Part shown: positions 18,890-30,225 of the stretch, one piece after another | How the letters are laid out: every line of letters begins with the position of its first letter | How positions within the stretch are numbered: position 1 is the first letter of the stretch | From: Candidatus Moraniibacteriota bacterium | Lineage (GTDB): Bacteria > Patescibacteriota > Minisyncoccia > Moranbacterales > GCA-2747515 | Direction: 5' to 3' | Assembly (NCBI GenBank): GCA_046116545.1 | Contig: CP175956.1 | Coordinates: forward strand, 385,734 to 449,733 | Length of the DNA stretch: 64,000 bases | The notes under the pieces: model-generated | What the model saw: the letters and a program-made list of their open reading frames with translations, nothing else | Databases searched by the model: none | Told to the model about the DNA's origin: nothing | Translations under genes and position numbers: made by a program

Positions 18890-20560
18890 CTACCAACTCC
18901 CTCCACCACCGCCACCAAATCCACCACCCGAACCACCACCAGAGAACCCCGAACTGCCAGAAGATGCACTGGATGGTTGTGATCTCATTGTTGAACTAGT
19001 AGATTTATTAAATGATCTTAAGTCATTAGTTAACATGATAGGATTAAATGATTCTGTACCTTCATACCACTGTGGGCTACTTTTATAAATATCTTCAAAT
19101 TGTTTAGCCCATTTCTTTTCAACACCAAGTGCCATTGCATACGGCAATAACTCTTCAAAATGTTCTGGAGTTCTTTCTGGTGCATTATGAAAATTAATTC
19201 TATCTTTTTCGGCTACTTCTAGATATAACTTTAATCCAAGAATTTGCTCACGCATAATAGCACCTTTTTTTGTTCTTTTTGGCATAAAAAAACCAAATCC
19301 AAATACTGGAATAGATGACATTAAAAGTGCCACACCCGCTGCTTCACTAAAGATTGCTGATACAAAGAATGAACCAACAAACATAAACCAACCACCTGTC
19401 ATATATGCTCCTTTTACTATTTTTGGATTCTTCACATAATAGCCTTTTTCTACTATATTATTTAAAACTTCATTCACAGCTCTATCAAAATCAACATAAA
19501 ATTTATTTTTTAAAGACGAAGCTTTCACTTCTGTGCTTAGTCCATCAAAAATACCCTTATATAATATCTTTTCTTCTTCTTTTAATAGATAAGATGTATC
19601 TTCAGTTTTTATAAAAATATACTCACCCATTGTCTTACGAATATGCATTCTATTGTACACAGCTAGATTTATTATTGCTGCTGAGATGTCTCTAGAATGT
19701 ACTTTTTCATCTACAATCATTCCAATTTCAGCTGGAGATAGATTTTCTGGTGATTTGTAAAATGGAATAATTGTACCACGACCCTTTGGATCCTTGCCAT
19801 ATTTCCACCACCTACGCCACATCCAATAAAACACAATAAATGGCACAGCAATAATCCAATTGTCACCAATAAACCATATAATTTGTGCTAATACTGATGG
19901 TTTTTCTATCGTGCCCAACGGCATCCCAACTACAATAGTCATTCCTTCAGTAAGTGAAATATTATCATGTGTAAATTGTGTTGTATTTTTACCAATGTTT
20001 TCATATATTTCACCAACAGACTCACACGGATTATTTTCTCCATAATACCCAGCAAAACAACGAGTATCATTTATTATAGGAGCAACTACATTTACATTTA
20101 TATTATTCAGCCCAATCTCCCACCTATCTCCAGTTACATTCCAATATAATTCCTCATGATCTTTAAAATAATTTATAGCACCATCAACTGTATATTTAAT
20201 TTTATATACTTGTTGACCAGTTACATATTTATCAGCATCTCCAATTTTTAATTTTATATTTCCTCCTGTAGCACTTTTTGCAAATGTTCTTTCCTGTCCC
20301 TGTTCATCCACAACTGAAATTTTTGACAGTTTAATTGATCTGTTATTACCTTTATCCGTTTTATATTTCACTGGGATTGTTCTGTATATTCCATGTTTTT
20401 CCAAATCACCAAACTCATACACAATTGTTTCTGTAACATCAATCGTAGCATCTTCATTAATAGCTAAGTCAACGTCAAATTGTGAAATATTTTCTGCCGA
20501 AGCCACTAAAGCAACACAAAAAATAATACTACTAAAAAGTCCAAAGAATATTTTTTTCAT
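18890..20560 (-). CDS. DUF2207-family membrane protein
   Basis: VTETI.Y.FG..KHGIYR.IP, ELYWNVTG, FEELLPYAMALGV, terminal GGGFGGGGGGSW. Confidence 0.88.
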   Translation of the reverse strand: MKKIFFGLFSSIIFCVALVASAENISQFDVDLAINEDATIDVTETIVYEFGDLEKHGIYRTIPVKYKTDKGNNRSIKLSKISVVDEQGQERTFAKSATGGNIKLKIGDADKYVTGQQVYKIKYTVDGAINYFKDHEELYWNVTGDRWEIGLNNINVNVVAPIINDTRCFAGYYGENNPCESVGEIYENIGKNTTQFTHDNISLTEGMTIVVGMPLGTIEKPSVLAQIIWFIGDNWIIAVPFIVFYWMWRRWWKYGKDPKGRGTIIPFYKSPENLSPAEIGMIVDEKVHSRDISAAIINLAVYNRMHIRKTMGEYIFIKTEDTSYLLKEEEKILYKGIFDGLSTEVKASSLKNKFYVDFDRAVNEVLNNIVEKGYYVKNPKIVKGAYMTGGWFMFVGSFFVSAIFSEAAGVALLMSSIPVFGFGFFMPKRTKKGAIMREQILGLKLYLEVAEKDRINFHNAPERTPEHFEELLPYAMALGVEKKWAKQFEDIYKSSPQWYEGTESFNPIMLTNDLRSFNKSTSSTMRSQPSSASSGSSGFSGGGSGGGFGGGGGGSW

Positions 20561-20596
20561 ATAAATACTGTTAATTAATATTTATATTATACACCA

Positions 20597-21790
20597 TCAC
20601 AGCAAATCTGTTTTTTCTCGTAATTGTTTGTGATAATTAATAGCAAATCTATGAGCCTCTTCTCTTAAGTTTTCTATTAATACTTTATCTTTAAGTAATT
20701 CATCAGAAACATCGACTAACTCACTTTTGTAAATATCAAGTTTCTTGCGAGTTGGTCCTTTTGCTACTGCTGCTACTGGAATTTTAATATTTAACTTTTG
20801 CCACAAATCATCTGCCATATTGATATGACCTTTTCCCCCATCCAATATTATTAAATCTGGAGCACCCCAATCATCCAAATGATTCAATCGTCTTGCCAGA
20901 ACCTCACGCATCGCTCCGACATCATTTATTCCCTCAATAGATTGCACTTTGAATTTTCTGTATTTAGCTGTATCAATAGATCCATCTATTGATACGACCA
21001 TTGATGCTACCATGTGCTCACCACTTATATGAGAAATATCATATGCTTCAATTCTTGTATTTGTTTTTTGAAGTAATTTATTTTCTTCTTTTTTAATAAG
21101 AGCAATATCCTGAATATGCTCCAATGCAAAAATTTGTCGTTTTACCTTGTCGGCTTTTTCAAATTCTTCTTCTTTAGCCCACTGCTTCATTTCCTTATTT
21201 AAATTTTTTAATAACTTCTTCTTTCTTCCAGATAAAAAGAAAGAAATATTTCTCATATTTTTTTTATATTCTTCAAGCGTAATTGCATCAGCATAAGGAC
21301 CTGGACAAAGTCCTATTTGATATGAAAGACAGCCTTTTTCACTCTTTTCAGCTCTATTATGAAATGGAAATATCTTACGAATAATTTTTAAAGCTATCCG
21401 CATCTGATCACGAGAAGTATATGGACCAAATATTTTCCCTCTTTTATAAATTGATGTCTGAAATTTTTCTTTATCAAAATCTGTTTTGTGCATTATCAAA
21501 ACACGCGCAAACTCTTCATACGTAATAACAAAATAAGAAAAACTCTTATCGTCCTTCCCTTCAATATTGTATTTTGGTTGATACTGTTTAATAAGTTCGG
21601 CCTCCAGTAACAATGCCTCAATCACACTGTCAGTTTCTACAATCTCAACATCAGAAGACTCTAAAACTAACCTCTCAATCCGCTCACCTCTAGTATCCTG
21701 ACCACTAAAATATTGCCTAACTCTATCACGGAGACTTGTAGCCTTCCCCACATACAAAACAGTTTTTTGCACATCCAAAAACTTGTACAC
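20597..21790 (-). CDS. uvrC: Excinuclease ABC subunit C (GIY-YIG + RNase H-like; no C-terminal HhH)
   Basis: LYVGKA.SLR.RV, EALLLE..LIK...PKYN, RIEAYDISH, PDLIILDGGKG, REEAHRFA; frame extends upstream to about 21838 without ATG. Confidence 0.85.
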   Translation of the reverse strand: MYKFLDVQKTVLYVGKATSLRDRVRQYFSGQDTRGERIERLVLESSDVEIVETDSVIEALLLEAELIKQYQPKYNIEGKDDKSFSYFVITYEEFARVLIMHKTDFDKEKFQTSIYKRGKIFGPYTSRDQMRIALKIIRKIFPFHNRAEKSEKGCLSYQIGLCPGPYADAITLEEYKKNMRNISFFLSGRKKKLLKNLNKEMKQWAKEEEFEKADKVKRQIFALEHIQDIALIKKEENKLLQKTNTRIEAYDISHISGEHMVASMVVSIDGSIDTAKYRKFKVQSIEGINDVGAMREVLARRLNHLDDWGAPDLIILDGGKGHINMADDLWQKLNIKIPVAAVAKGPTRKKLDIYKSELVDVSDELLKDKVLIENLREEAHRFAINYHKQLREKTDLL

Positions 21791-21958
21791 ACCTGGTGTT
21801 TTGGGAAAATTTTCAAGTTTTCTATATAATTTTGATATAATATATTTTTAAAAAATATTGACTTTCTATAAATTTGAGCATAACATACTTCAGAGCACTT
21901 TAACATATATGATTTTTATATATTCAACATAAGCTTTTTCTTGAAAGGAGATTTTGAT

Positions 21959-22531
21959 ATGACTTTACAAAGTTATTTTAACACACGCATTATTGAAGCC
22001 CTGATTTCAAAAGATGGTAAATTCTGTAAAGTTTTTTTCAACATTAATGGATTTATAATTATAAAATATTATTCAATTTCTTATAATGAATGTTACGAGA
22101 TTACACAATCAAAAAAAATACAAGATATTGAAATAATATTACTGCGCAACTGTATATCATTCTGTAACTCACTTTTCATTGAATGTGGTGATATTTTATA
22201 CATCGCCAGAAAAAGAATTTTACGAAGAAAATTATCTGCTATTTTATATACCATTTTGCGCACTGATACAACTAAGGATTGTTTACGTGGACCTGCATTC
22301 GCAATAGCGCATACTATTAATTTCTATCTTAAAGATATAGACTGTATTGATAGTGCTGATATAAAATATATTGTAAAAAGATTATTACAAAGAAAGCGTT
22401 CACCATCACCAGAAGAAACTCTTGTCAAATTGACTGTCCTAACTAAATTAGCTAATTCCATGAAATTTAGCGGGACTCAGTGTTTTATATTTCAAACACA
22501 TAAACATATTGAAAAATTAACATATTTTTAA
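21959..22531 (+). CDS. Hypothetical protein
   Basis: AAAGGAG SD before ATG 21959; followed by a hairpin at about 22538-22571. Confidence 0.5.
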   Translation: MTLQSYFNTRIIEALISKDGKFCKVFFNINGFIIIKYYSISYNECYEITQSKKIQDIEIILLRNCISFCNSLFIECGDILYIARKRILRRKLSAILYTILRTDTTKDCLRGPAFAIAHTINFYLKDIDCIDSADIKYIVKRLLQRKRSPSPEETLVKLTVLTKLANSMKFSGTQCFIFQTHKHIEKLTYF

Positions 22532-22626
22532 TCGAAAAACCGACTTTATTTATACAAATAAAGTCGGTTTTAAATTTCTATTTTTTTAACATTTGTCATG
22601 CCTACACCGACAGGAATTCTCTAAAT

Positions 22627-24078
22627 TTATTTACCCAAATCTAATTCTTCACTAATTCCAATTTGATCTAAGAATGATTGTACGTGACTTACTACTATCA
22701 TTGCACCTTCATATTCTTTCAATGCTTTAGCAATGACTGGTATATGACGAAAGTTAATATGATTTGTTGGCTCATCAAGTATGAGAAGTCCAGGCTCAAG
22801 TAGAACTAGTTGTGCAAATGCTACAAGTCCTTTTTGTCCTTCTGACAAACTTCCAATTTTTGCATCCATTACATCTCTACCAAGTAAAAACATACTTGCA
22901 ACTGAACGCATTTTTTCTTCACTTTCAATTTGCATTACATTTATAAGTGCATTAAATACTGTATCGTCAAAATTCAATGTTGAAAAATCTTGTCTATAAT
23001 ATCCCACTCGCACTTCATCCAAGATAGTAGCTCCTTCTGTATTATTTTCAGCCAATCTTTCTAACAATGTTGTCTTGCCTATTCCATTGGGACCTTTTAA
23101 TAATAAATGCTCTCTTTTTCTCAAAATTATATTTACTTGCTTTTCTGTTGGTTCATGATTTTTCATTACATTTACAGAAGTGATTGTGATGACATTTCCT
23201 ACAAAATCAGATTGTGCTGGAATTGTAAAATTACGAATAGTCTTATCCTCCTGACGAACATCAACTTTGTCCTCTTCCATTTGCTCAATCTCATCGCGCA
23301 TCTTTTTTGCAACTAATCGCATTTTACCTCCCTTATTTGCAAAATAGTTCATTTTTTCCTTATTATCCTTAATCTTTTTTGCAAATTGTGCATTTTTCAT
23401 ATTTTCTCTCTCAATCTGAGCTTTAATATCCTCTACTACAACATAATAATCACCTACGTACTGTTCAATTTTATGTGTAAATACATCTAAATACAAAACT
23501 CCATCTGTAAACATATTCAAAAAATCAGCATCATGAGAGATTACAACACAAGTCTTTTCATACATCATGAGAAATGTAAGTAAATGTCCCACACCGTCAT
23601 CATCTAAATTATTTGTAGGTTCATCTAAAAGTAAAATATCTGGATCTTGAATAAGAGCAGAAGCAAGAAGAAGTCGCGCTTGCTGTCCTCCTGAAAAGGC
23701 AGATAGCAATTTATCTTCTGGCAATGAAAGATTTACAGCCTTCATCACTTCCTCAATATTTCGATCTAAATCATAATCTTCTCCTGTGAAATAAATATCA
23801 AAAAACTCACGAAGATTTAATTTCATTTGTTCCCGAGGAATGACTTGCTGTGCACATGCAACTGTTTGTCCATCGTCAATATAAATATGTCCAGTTGTTG
23901 GTTTTGTCTTTCCCATTAAAAGATTGAAAAGTGAAGTTTTACCTGCACCATTTTGTCCCATTAGAGCAACTTTAAGCCCCTTTCGCAAAGCAAATGATGC
24001 CTCGTTAAGAATTACTTTTCCATTATCATATTCAAAATCAACATCACTAAAGCGAATTGCTACATCATTTTTTGCCAT
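22627..24078 (-). CDS. ABC-F family ATPase
   Basis: Two ABC cassettes (GQNGAGKT/SGGQ/LDEPTN and GPNGIGKT/SEGQ/LDEPTNH), no TM domains. Confidence 0.9.
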   Translation of the reverse strand: MAKNDVAIRFSDVDFEYDNGKVILNEASFALRKGLKVALMGQNGAGKTSLFNLLMGKTKPTTGHIYIDDGQTVACAQQVIPREQMKLNLREFFDIYFTGEDYDLDRNIEEVMKAVNLSLPEDKLLSAFSGGQQARLLLASALIQDPDILLLDEPTNNLDDDGVGHLLTFLMMYEKTCVVISHDADFLNMFTDGVLYLDVFTHKIEQYVGDYYVVVEDIKAQIERENMKNAQFAKKIKDNKEKMNYFANKGGKMRLVAKKMRDEIEQMEEDKVDVRQEDKTIRNFTIPAQSDFVGNVITITSVNVMKNHEPTEKQVNIILRKREHLLLKGPNGIGKTTLLERLAENNTEGATILDEVRVGYYRQDFSTLNFDDTVFNALINVMQIESEEKMRSVASMFLLGRDVMDAKIGSLSEGQKGLVAFAQLVLLEPGLLILDEPTNHINFRHIPVIAKALKEYEGAMIVVSHVQSFLDQIGISEELDLGK

Positions 24079-24112
24079 ATTTTTTTAGTTTAAAAGTTTG
24101 TAAAATTATTGC

Positions 24113-24216
24113 ATCATTGCGAGTACTACCACATCTTTACCACACAGCGAAGCAATCTCGTTAAGAACATTTATTTACTTACTAAGCTTACTTCGTCGTA
24201 CCTCCTCGCAAAGACA
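24113..24216. repeat. RPE-like palindromic element
   Basis: TCATTGCGAG...GCGAAGCAATCTC ... CTTCGTCGTACCTCCTCGCAAAGACA; shares blocks with the copies at 34263 and 52651. Confidence 0.65.
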
Positions 24217-24298
24217 AAACACACTGAACATCTAGCATACATCAAAAATAATGTTTTTGCAATCATTATTTAAGGCTATGTTGCTACGTAACAAGTGC

Positions 24299-24884
24299 TT
24301 ATTTTTTCTTCAAAACTTCTTTCAAGTATTTTGGGCACATTTAATAATTTTCACTGTAGAGAATCCTAGTTTGTACCTAAATAAAAACTAATTAGCCAGA
24401 AAATCAGAATGTATTTCAACGTAACCAGGCCATGTCTGCTCACAGATATAACCATACGGCTTTGATTTCAAATCAATTTCACACTTATAACCACATTCGT
24501 AAGGATGTCCCGAGAAAGCACCTTTATTGAAATGTGCTGCTTTTACACACTCTTCATAACTTGAATACTGATCAATTACCTTTAATGAAGAAAGATTAGT
24601 TGGAATATTTTTACCATCAACAAGAAGAGATGACCTTGAATCAATGAACAAAGACCATTTTTTTTTCCGAACTAGTACATCCAGTAAAAAATAAAATAAC
24701 AACTAACAAAAAAATATATTTATATTGCATTTCTTTCTATTATAATTTATTTTTACAAAAATAACATTTTGTATTTTCATTGTATCATATGAAAAAAAAC
24801 TTTCCCAATAAATATCTTATGGGATTTAGTATTACTGAAAAAATTTGTATTATTTTTTCTTCAAAACTTCTTTCAAATATTTTG
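24299..24884 (-). mobile_element. Mini-islet bounded by a duplication of the uvrA 3' end
   Basis: 35-bp direct repeat (1 mismatch) TTATTTTTTCTTCAAAACTTCTTTCAA(G/A)TATTTTG at 24299-24333 and 24850-24884. Confidence 0.65.
24388..24730 (-). pseudogene. Small Cys-containing lipoprotein-like gene with a +1 frameshift in an A9 tract (or sequencing error)
   Basis: ATG 24730: MQYKYIFLLVVILFFTGCTSSEKK (lipobox FTGC); removing one A at 24658-24666 joins it to WSLFIDS...EECV..YECGYKC..YICE. Confidence 0.6.
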
Positions 24885-27708
24885 CAGTATAAGATTCTTT
24901 GTGATACTTAATAACTTCTTCTGGTGCTCCAGCTACAATTACCTTCCCACCACCTACACCACCTTCTGGACCCATGTCTATTATCCAGTCTGCTGATTTT
25001 ATTACGTCCATGTTGTGTTCTATTACTACGACGCTATTTCCTTTATCTACAAGTCTTTTGAGTACATTTAATAGTTTTGCTACGTCTTCAAAATGTAGTC
25101 CTGTTGTTGGTTCATCTAGTACATACAAAGTTTTACCTGTTGCTTTTTTGGCAAGTTCCGTAGCAAGCTTTACCCTCTGAGCTTCTCCTCCTGACAGAGT
25201 TGTTGCACTTTGACCGAGGTGGATGTAGCCTAATCCTACATCTTGCAAAGTTTTTACTATATTATAAATTGCTGGATATGCTTCAAAAAATTCCACTGAT
25301 TCATTTACTGTCATATCTAAAACTTCAGCAATATTTTTATCTCGATATTTTATCTGCAATGTTTCGCTATTATATCTCTTGCTACGACAAACATCACATG
25401 GCAAAAATACGTCTGCCATAAATTGCATCTCAATCTTCAGATACCCATCACCACTACAATTATCACATCTTCCACCTTTAACATTAAAACTAAATCGTCC
25501 AGGTTTATATCCACGAGCTTTAGCTGCTTTTGTATTTGAAAATATTTCTCGTATTGGAGTAAATAATCCTGTGTAAGTTGCTGAATTTGAACGAGGTGTT
25601 CTACCTATTGGACTTTGATCTATCATTATCACTTTATCCAAATATTCAAGTCCTAGTATTTCTTTATGTTTACCTGGTCTCGTAACACTTCTCATCAACT
25701 TGTTTGCAGCGCCTTTATATAAAATATCCTCTACAAGTGTTGATTTACCACTACCTGACACACCTGTCACAACAGTCATCATGCCAAGCGGAAACTCAGC
25801 AGTTATCCCTCGTAAATTATTTTCTCTTGCTCCACGCACTGTTAATATTTTTTTACCTTTAATATTATGACGAACTTCTGGCACTTCTATAAATTTTTCT
25901 CCTCTTAGATATTGTGCTGTGAGTGATTTCTTATTTTCTATCACTTTTTCTGGCGTATCTGCAGCTACTATCTGACCACCACGACGCCCAGCACCTGGAC
26001 CAATATCCACCAAAAAATCAGATGCTCGCATGGTTTCTTCATCATGCTCGATTACTAGAACTGTATTGCCCAAATCTCTAAGATATAATAATGTTTCAAG
26101 TAATTTAGCATTATCACGAGCATGCAGTCCAATTGATGGCTCATCAAGAATATACAAAACACCAACTAACTGTGAACCAATTTGACTAGCAAGTCTTATC
26201 CTCTGTGCTTCTCCACCTGATAGTGTATGTGCACTCCGTGAAAGTGTCAGATATCCGAGTCCCACTTTATCTAAAAAGCTCAGTCTTGAAATTACTTCTT
26301 TGATAATTCTATCTCCTATAATTTTTTCTTGTGTATTTAGTTTTAATTTCTCAAAAAACTTTACAGTATCGGTAATTGTCATTTGAGAAACATCATTAAC
26401 ATTTTTTCCACCAACTCTAATCCAGCTTACTTCTTTTTTATATCTACTTCCTTTACACGCACTACAAGGTTTACGAGACATATATTGTTCTATGTCTTTA
26501 CGTACATTATCAGATTCTGATCTTTTATATCTATCCTCAAGAAATCCTACGATTCCTTCCCACTTAATATTAAACTTCCAAGTGCTTCCTCTCTTGCTAC
26601 GCAAGCTAATTGCAATTTCATCTGGATCTTCGTCTCCATAAATCAAAATATCAAACTCTCTATCAGTTAAATCTGAAAGTCGTTTATTATCAGGTATGTG
26701 ATAATGCTGCAAAACTGCATGAAAAATCGCACCATAATATGAATTTGATTTTTTATTGCTCCAAGGTAAAACACCTCCCTGAGCTATTGTTTTGTTCAAA
26801 TCTGGCACAGCTAAATTATAATCAATTTCCTTTTTTGTTCCCAATCCTTCACAGGCCGTACAAGCTCCATATGGAGAATTAAAACTAAAGAGTCTTGGTT
26901 CTAAATCTGGAAATTCAATCTCTGGGTGATCCGGGCATGCAAACTTTTGATTGAAAGTTTGTATATTTTTTCCAGTTTTCACTTGTACCAATCCATCTGC
27001 AATCTTAAGTGATATTTCCACAGCTTCAAAAATACGAGAAATATTTTCCTCAGTTGCTGTCATACTATCAACCACAATATCAATATCATGTTTTTTGTGT
27101 CTATCAAGTTTTAGTTTATCAGCCTCATCAAGATTTTGAAGTTCACCATCAATGTATGCTTCTAAAAATCCTCTATCCCAATAATCAGAAAATAATTTCA
27201 AATAGGTCCCCTTACGAGAACGCACTACGGGTGCACAAATTTCTATTTCTTTATTTTGTCCATCAATAATCTGTGAAACAATTTCATCAGTAGAAAGTAC
27301 GGCGATAGGTTCATCACATTTCGGACAATATGGTATACCAATTTTTGACCACATAAGTCTCAAATAATCATGCACTTCTGTAACTGTACCGACAGTTGAA
27401 CGAGGATTGTGTGAAGTAGTTTTTTGATCAATGCTAATAGCTGGAGAAAGTCCTTCTATCATATCTACATCAGGCTTATCCATCTGCCCAAGAAACTGCC
27501 GAGCATAGCTAGACAAACTTTCCAAGTAACGTCTCTGCCCCTCCGCAAAAATAGTGTCAAAAGCAAGCGTAGACTTCCCACTACCAGAAAGTCCCGTAAA
27601 AACCACAAAAGCATCCCGAGGAATAGTAAGATTAATATTCTTAAGGTTATGCTCTCTCGCACCTTTTATAACTATTTGATTTTTCTTATTATCTTTTTTC
27701 ATAGTCAT
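24850..27708 (-). CDS. uvrA: Excinuclease ABC subunit A
   Basis: [17 protein letters not shown], two LSGGEAQR signatures, zinc fingers. Confidence 0.97.
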   Translation of the reverse strand: MTMKKDNKKNQIVIKGAREHNLKNINLTIPRDAFVVFTGLSGSGKSTLAFDTIFAEGQRRYLESLSSYARQFLGQMDKPDVDMIEGLSPAISIDQKTTSHNPRSTVGTVTEVHDYLRLMWSKIGIPYCPKCDEPIAVLSTDEIVSQIIDGQNKEIEICAPVVRSRKGTYLKLFSDYWDRGFLEAYIDGELQNLDEADKLKLDRHKKHDIDIVVDSMTATEENISRIFEAVEISLKIADGLVQVKTGKNIQTFNQKFACPDHPEIEFPDLEPRLFSFNSPYGACTACEGLGTKKEIDYNLAVPDLNKTIAQGGVLPWSNKKSNSYYGAIFHAVLQHYHIPDNKRLSDLTDREFDILIYGDEDPDEIAISLRSKRGSTWKFNIKWEGIVGFLEDRYKRSESDNVRKDIEQYMSRKPCSACKGSRYKKEVSWIRVGGKNVNDVSQMTITDTVKFFEKLKLNTQEKIIGDRIIKEVISRLSFLDKVGLGYLTLSRSAHTLSGGEAQRIRLASQIGSQLVGVLYILDEPSIGLHARDNAKLLETLLYLRDLGNTVLVIEHDEETMRASDFLVDIGPGAGRRGGQIVAADTPEKVIENKKSLTAQYLRGEKFIEVPEVRHNIKGKKILTVRGARENNLRGITAEFPLGMMTVVTGVSGSGKSTLVEDILYKGAANKLMRSVTRPGKHKEILGLEYLDKVIMIDQSPIGRTPRSNSATYTGLFTPIREIFSNTKAAKARGYKPGRFSFNVKGGRCDNCSGDGYLKIEMQFMADVFLPCDVCRSKRYNSETLQIKYRDKNIAEVLDMTVNESVEFFEAYPAIYNIVKTLQDVGLGYIHLGQSATTLSGGEAQRVKLATELAKKATGKTLYVLDEPTTGLHFEDVAKLLNVLKRLVDKGNSVVVIEHNMDVIKSADWIIDMGPEGGVGGGKVIVAGAPEEVIKYHKESYTAKYLKEVLKKK

Positions 27709-27807
27709 AATAGTATATACAAAAAATACTCATTTATCAATAGTTAACTTATTTCAAAATGACCCCTATATTACTATAAGGGTCATTAATTTCAAATTGT
27801 CTTTATG

Positions 27808-29202
27808 TTATTTTTGTTCTAATAAGCTCACAAGCAATCTAACTGGTGAACCTTTTGCACCTTTTGCTAGTTGTTCGTCAAAAACTGCTGTCATGGTCGG
27901 TGCTATATCTATATGCATCCAACTTTTGTGATCTTTGGCAAAATGTTTCAAGAATGCTGCAGCTGTTATTGATCCTCCATAACCTGGCTTTTGTTTTGTG
28001 TTGATGTTTGATATATCTCCATGTGTCCCTGATATTTCCACATCATACTCATCCCAAAGTGGCAACCTCCAAGCATAATCTCCTGTTTTTTCAGCTGTTT
28101 CTAATGTTTTCTGTGCTAATTCTTCATCTTGCGTAAATATAGCACTTGCCCGCTCTCCTAATGCTGCTAGAGCTGCTCCTGTAAGTGTTGCTACATCTAT
28201 AATTGTACTAGGTTTGTACATCTTTGCATAAGTAAGTGCATCTGCAAGGATAAGTCGCCCTTCGGCATCAGTGTGTCCTACTTCAACATGAGTCCCGTCC
28301 ATCATCGTTATGATATCTCCTGGACGGAAACTACTTCCGCCTGGCATATTCTCTACAACTGGTATCAATACAACAATATTTTTATTTATTTGCAATTTTG
28401 ATGCAGCCACTATAGCTGAAATTACTGCAGCAGCTCCACTCATATCCATCATCATCTCCAACCCATATGGATGTGGCTTAGTATCTATTCCACCTGTATC
28501 AAATGTTACACCCTTACCCACCAAAACAGTTGGTTTAGTAGTTGGGTTTGTCCCCGTGTATTCCAAAACTATAAATCTTGATTGAAATGAACTACCTTGT
28601 CCCACAGCCAATACTCCGTTCATCTTTTTTCTACGCATTTGTTTTTCATCTAAAACACGCATTTTAATCTTTGTTCCCTTCACTGCTTTTCTAGTTGATG
28701 CTACCAATGTTGTAGGTGTCATATCAGCTCCTGGTGTATTTGCCATGTCACGACAAAAATTAATTTGTGTTGCAATTGTCACACCCTTTCTTATATCTTG
28801 TCTCTTAAGAGTTTTGTCAGCTTTATTTGCAATTACCACAATTTCAGTTACATCTCCCCAACCTTCTTTTGGTTCTGTCTTGTATTTTGTAAACTCATAA
28901 TGTGCCATGTAAGCCGCCTCTGCAAAAGTTTGACCCAAATTTTCTCCTAAATTATCAAAATTAACTAAATCTCCCCACACAATCTCAATACGATTCATAT
29001 CATATTTCTTTGCTTCTCTTACAATTGTACGAACCAAAATAATCCACTTACGACGTGTCATATCTTCTCTCTTTGGAACTTTAACTTCCAAAGCCTCCGC
29101 TTTTCCATTTATCACAAATCTGTTCTCTCTAGCTTTTTCATTAAATATTACGCAAGTACATTTTTTGCGTGATAATTTTTTATCTACTACTGTTATTTTC
29201 AT
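27808..29202 (-). CDS. pepA: Leucyl aminopeptidase (M17)
   Basis: VGKGVTFDTGG, DMSGAA, TDAEGRLILADAL, DVATLTGA, WMHIDIA. Confidence 0.9.
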   Translation of the reverse strand: MKITVVDKKLSRKKCTCVIFNEKARENRFVINGKAEALEVKVPKREDMTRRKWIILVRTIVREAKKYDMNRIEIVWGDLVNFDNLGENLGQTFAEAAYMAHYEFTKYKTEPKEGWGDVTEIVVIANKADKTLKRQDIRKGVTIATQINFCRDMANTPGADMTPTTLVASTRKAVKGTKIKMRVLDEKQMRRKKMNGVLAVGQGSSFQSRFIVLEYTGTNPTTKPTVLVGKGVTFDTGGIDTKPHPYGLEMMMDMSGAAAVISAIVAASKLQINKNIVVLIPVVENMPGGSSFRPGDIITMMDGTHVEVGHTDAEGRLILADALTYAKMYKPSTIIDVATLTGAALAALGERASAIFTQDEELAQKTLETAEKTGDYAWRLPLWDEYDVEISGTHGDISNINTKQKPGYGGSITAAAFLKHFAKDHKSWMHIDIAPTMTAVFDEQLAKGAKGSPVRLLVSLLEQK

Positions 29203-29298
29203 AAACGTATGACTTTATGTGAATTATATGTATTTCTACTTCCATTAAAGAATCTTTTACTTGTTTAGTCAACTAAGATTTCCTCTTTTTATAAAAAA

Positions 29299-30117
29299 TT
29301 ATTTTGCAAACCAAACATCCTCAAATCCATCTTCAATAAAATATTTAATTGCTAGGGCTGATAATCCTGTTATGTGTGGATCGGACTCTTGCATTCCATT
29401 TTCAATCCAACCACCATTTACTCGTTGATGTGCGGCAATTTTTTCTATCCAGTTATATTTTATATTTTCTTTTTCTCCTGCCCAATATAACACAACCACT
29501 CTTTCTGCAAATAGATCACTAAATAAAGTATCACCTCGTTGAGCTATCTGTATATCTATAATGACAGCCTTCATTTGACCTAAAAGTATATCATCATCCA
29601 TACATTCCAAGGAATTTAGAAAAAGCAATCCTATTAAATAATGAGTATCTCCATACCCTCCCACAAAATCTCTTGCTTCTTTTAATTTTTCAAAATCAGA
29701 ATAATCATATTTTTGTATATCACAAAATAAAGCTTCTAATAGAACGTCATCTGTTGGATCAGTCATCACATTAGTATATTTTTTTTCTATACTTCCACTA
29801 TTTTTTGCATATTTAGTATCACTAATATCTAATAACCTCATAAAAGGATCTTCCTCAAAAGCATTTTTAGTACCAATAGCTGATTCTGGCCATAACCAAT
29901 TAAACATTATACGTTCATCTGTTTGAAAAGACTTTTCATAATTTACAAAATAATTTCTAGAATCTTCTAATGTATTCGCAAAATAATATTTCTTCACAGT
30001 CTTGATAAAAAAACTATTATGTTGATTGATACTAAATATTATAAAATCAACAACTAATAAAATACTAACAAATATTAGAATTATAAAAACTTTTTTATGT
30101 ATAATGTTATTTTTCAT
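29299..30117 (-). CDS. Hypothetical membrane-anchored protein
   Basis: N-terminal TM; C-terminal HQRVNGGW..H.TGL resembles a prenyltransferase/alpha-alpha barrel repeat. Confidence 0.55.
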   Translation of the reverse strand: MKNNIIHKKVFIILIFVSILLVVDFIIFSINQHNSFFIKTVKKYYFANTLEDSRNYFVNYEKSFQTDERIMFNWLWPESAIGTKNAFEEDPFMRLLDISDTKYAKNSGSIEKKYTNVMTDPTDDVLLEALFCDIQKYDYSDFEKLKEARDFVGGYGDTHYLIGLLFLNSLECMDDDILLGQMKAVIIDIQIAQRGDTLFSDLFAERVVVLYWAGEKENIKYNWIEKIAAHQRVNGGWIENGMQESDPHITGLSALAIKYFIEDGFEDVWFAK

Positions 30118-30225
30118 ATTTAAATAATACCAAATTTCATTAAAATTAAAAGGAGACCACTGTAATCTCCTTTACGTATTATATCTCCCATTAAATCTGT
30201 TCAATTTTGTTACATTACTAAAGTA

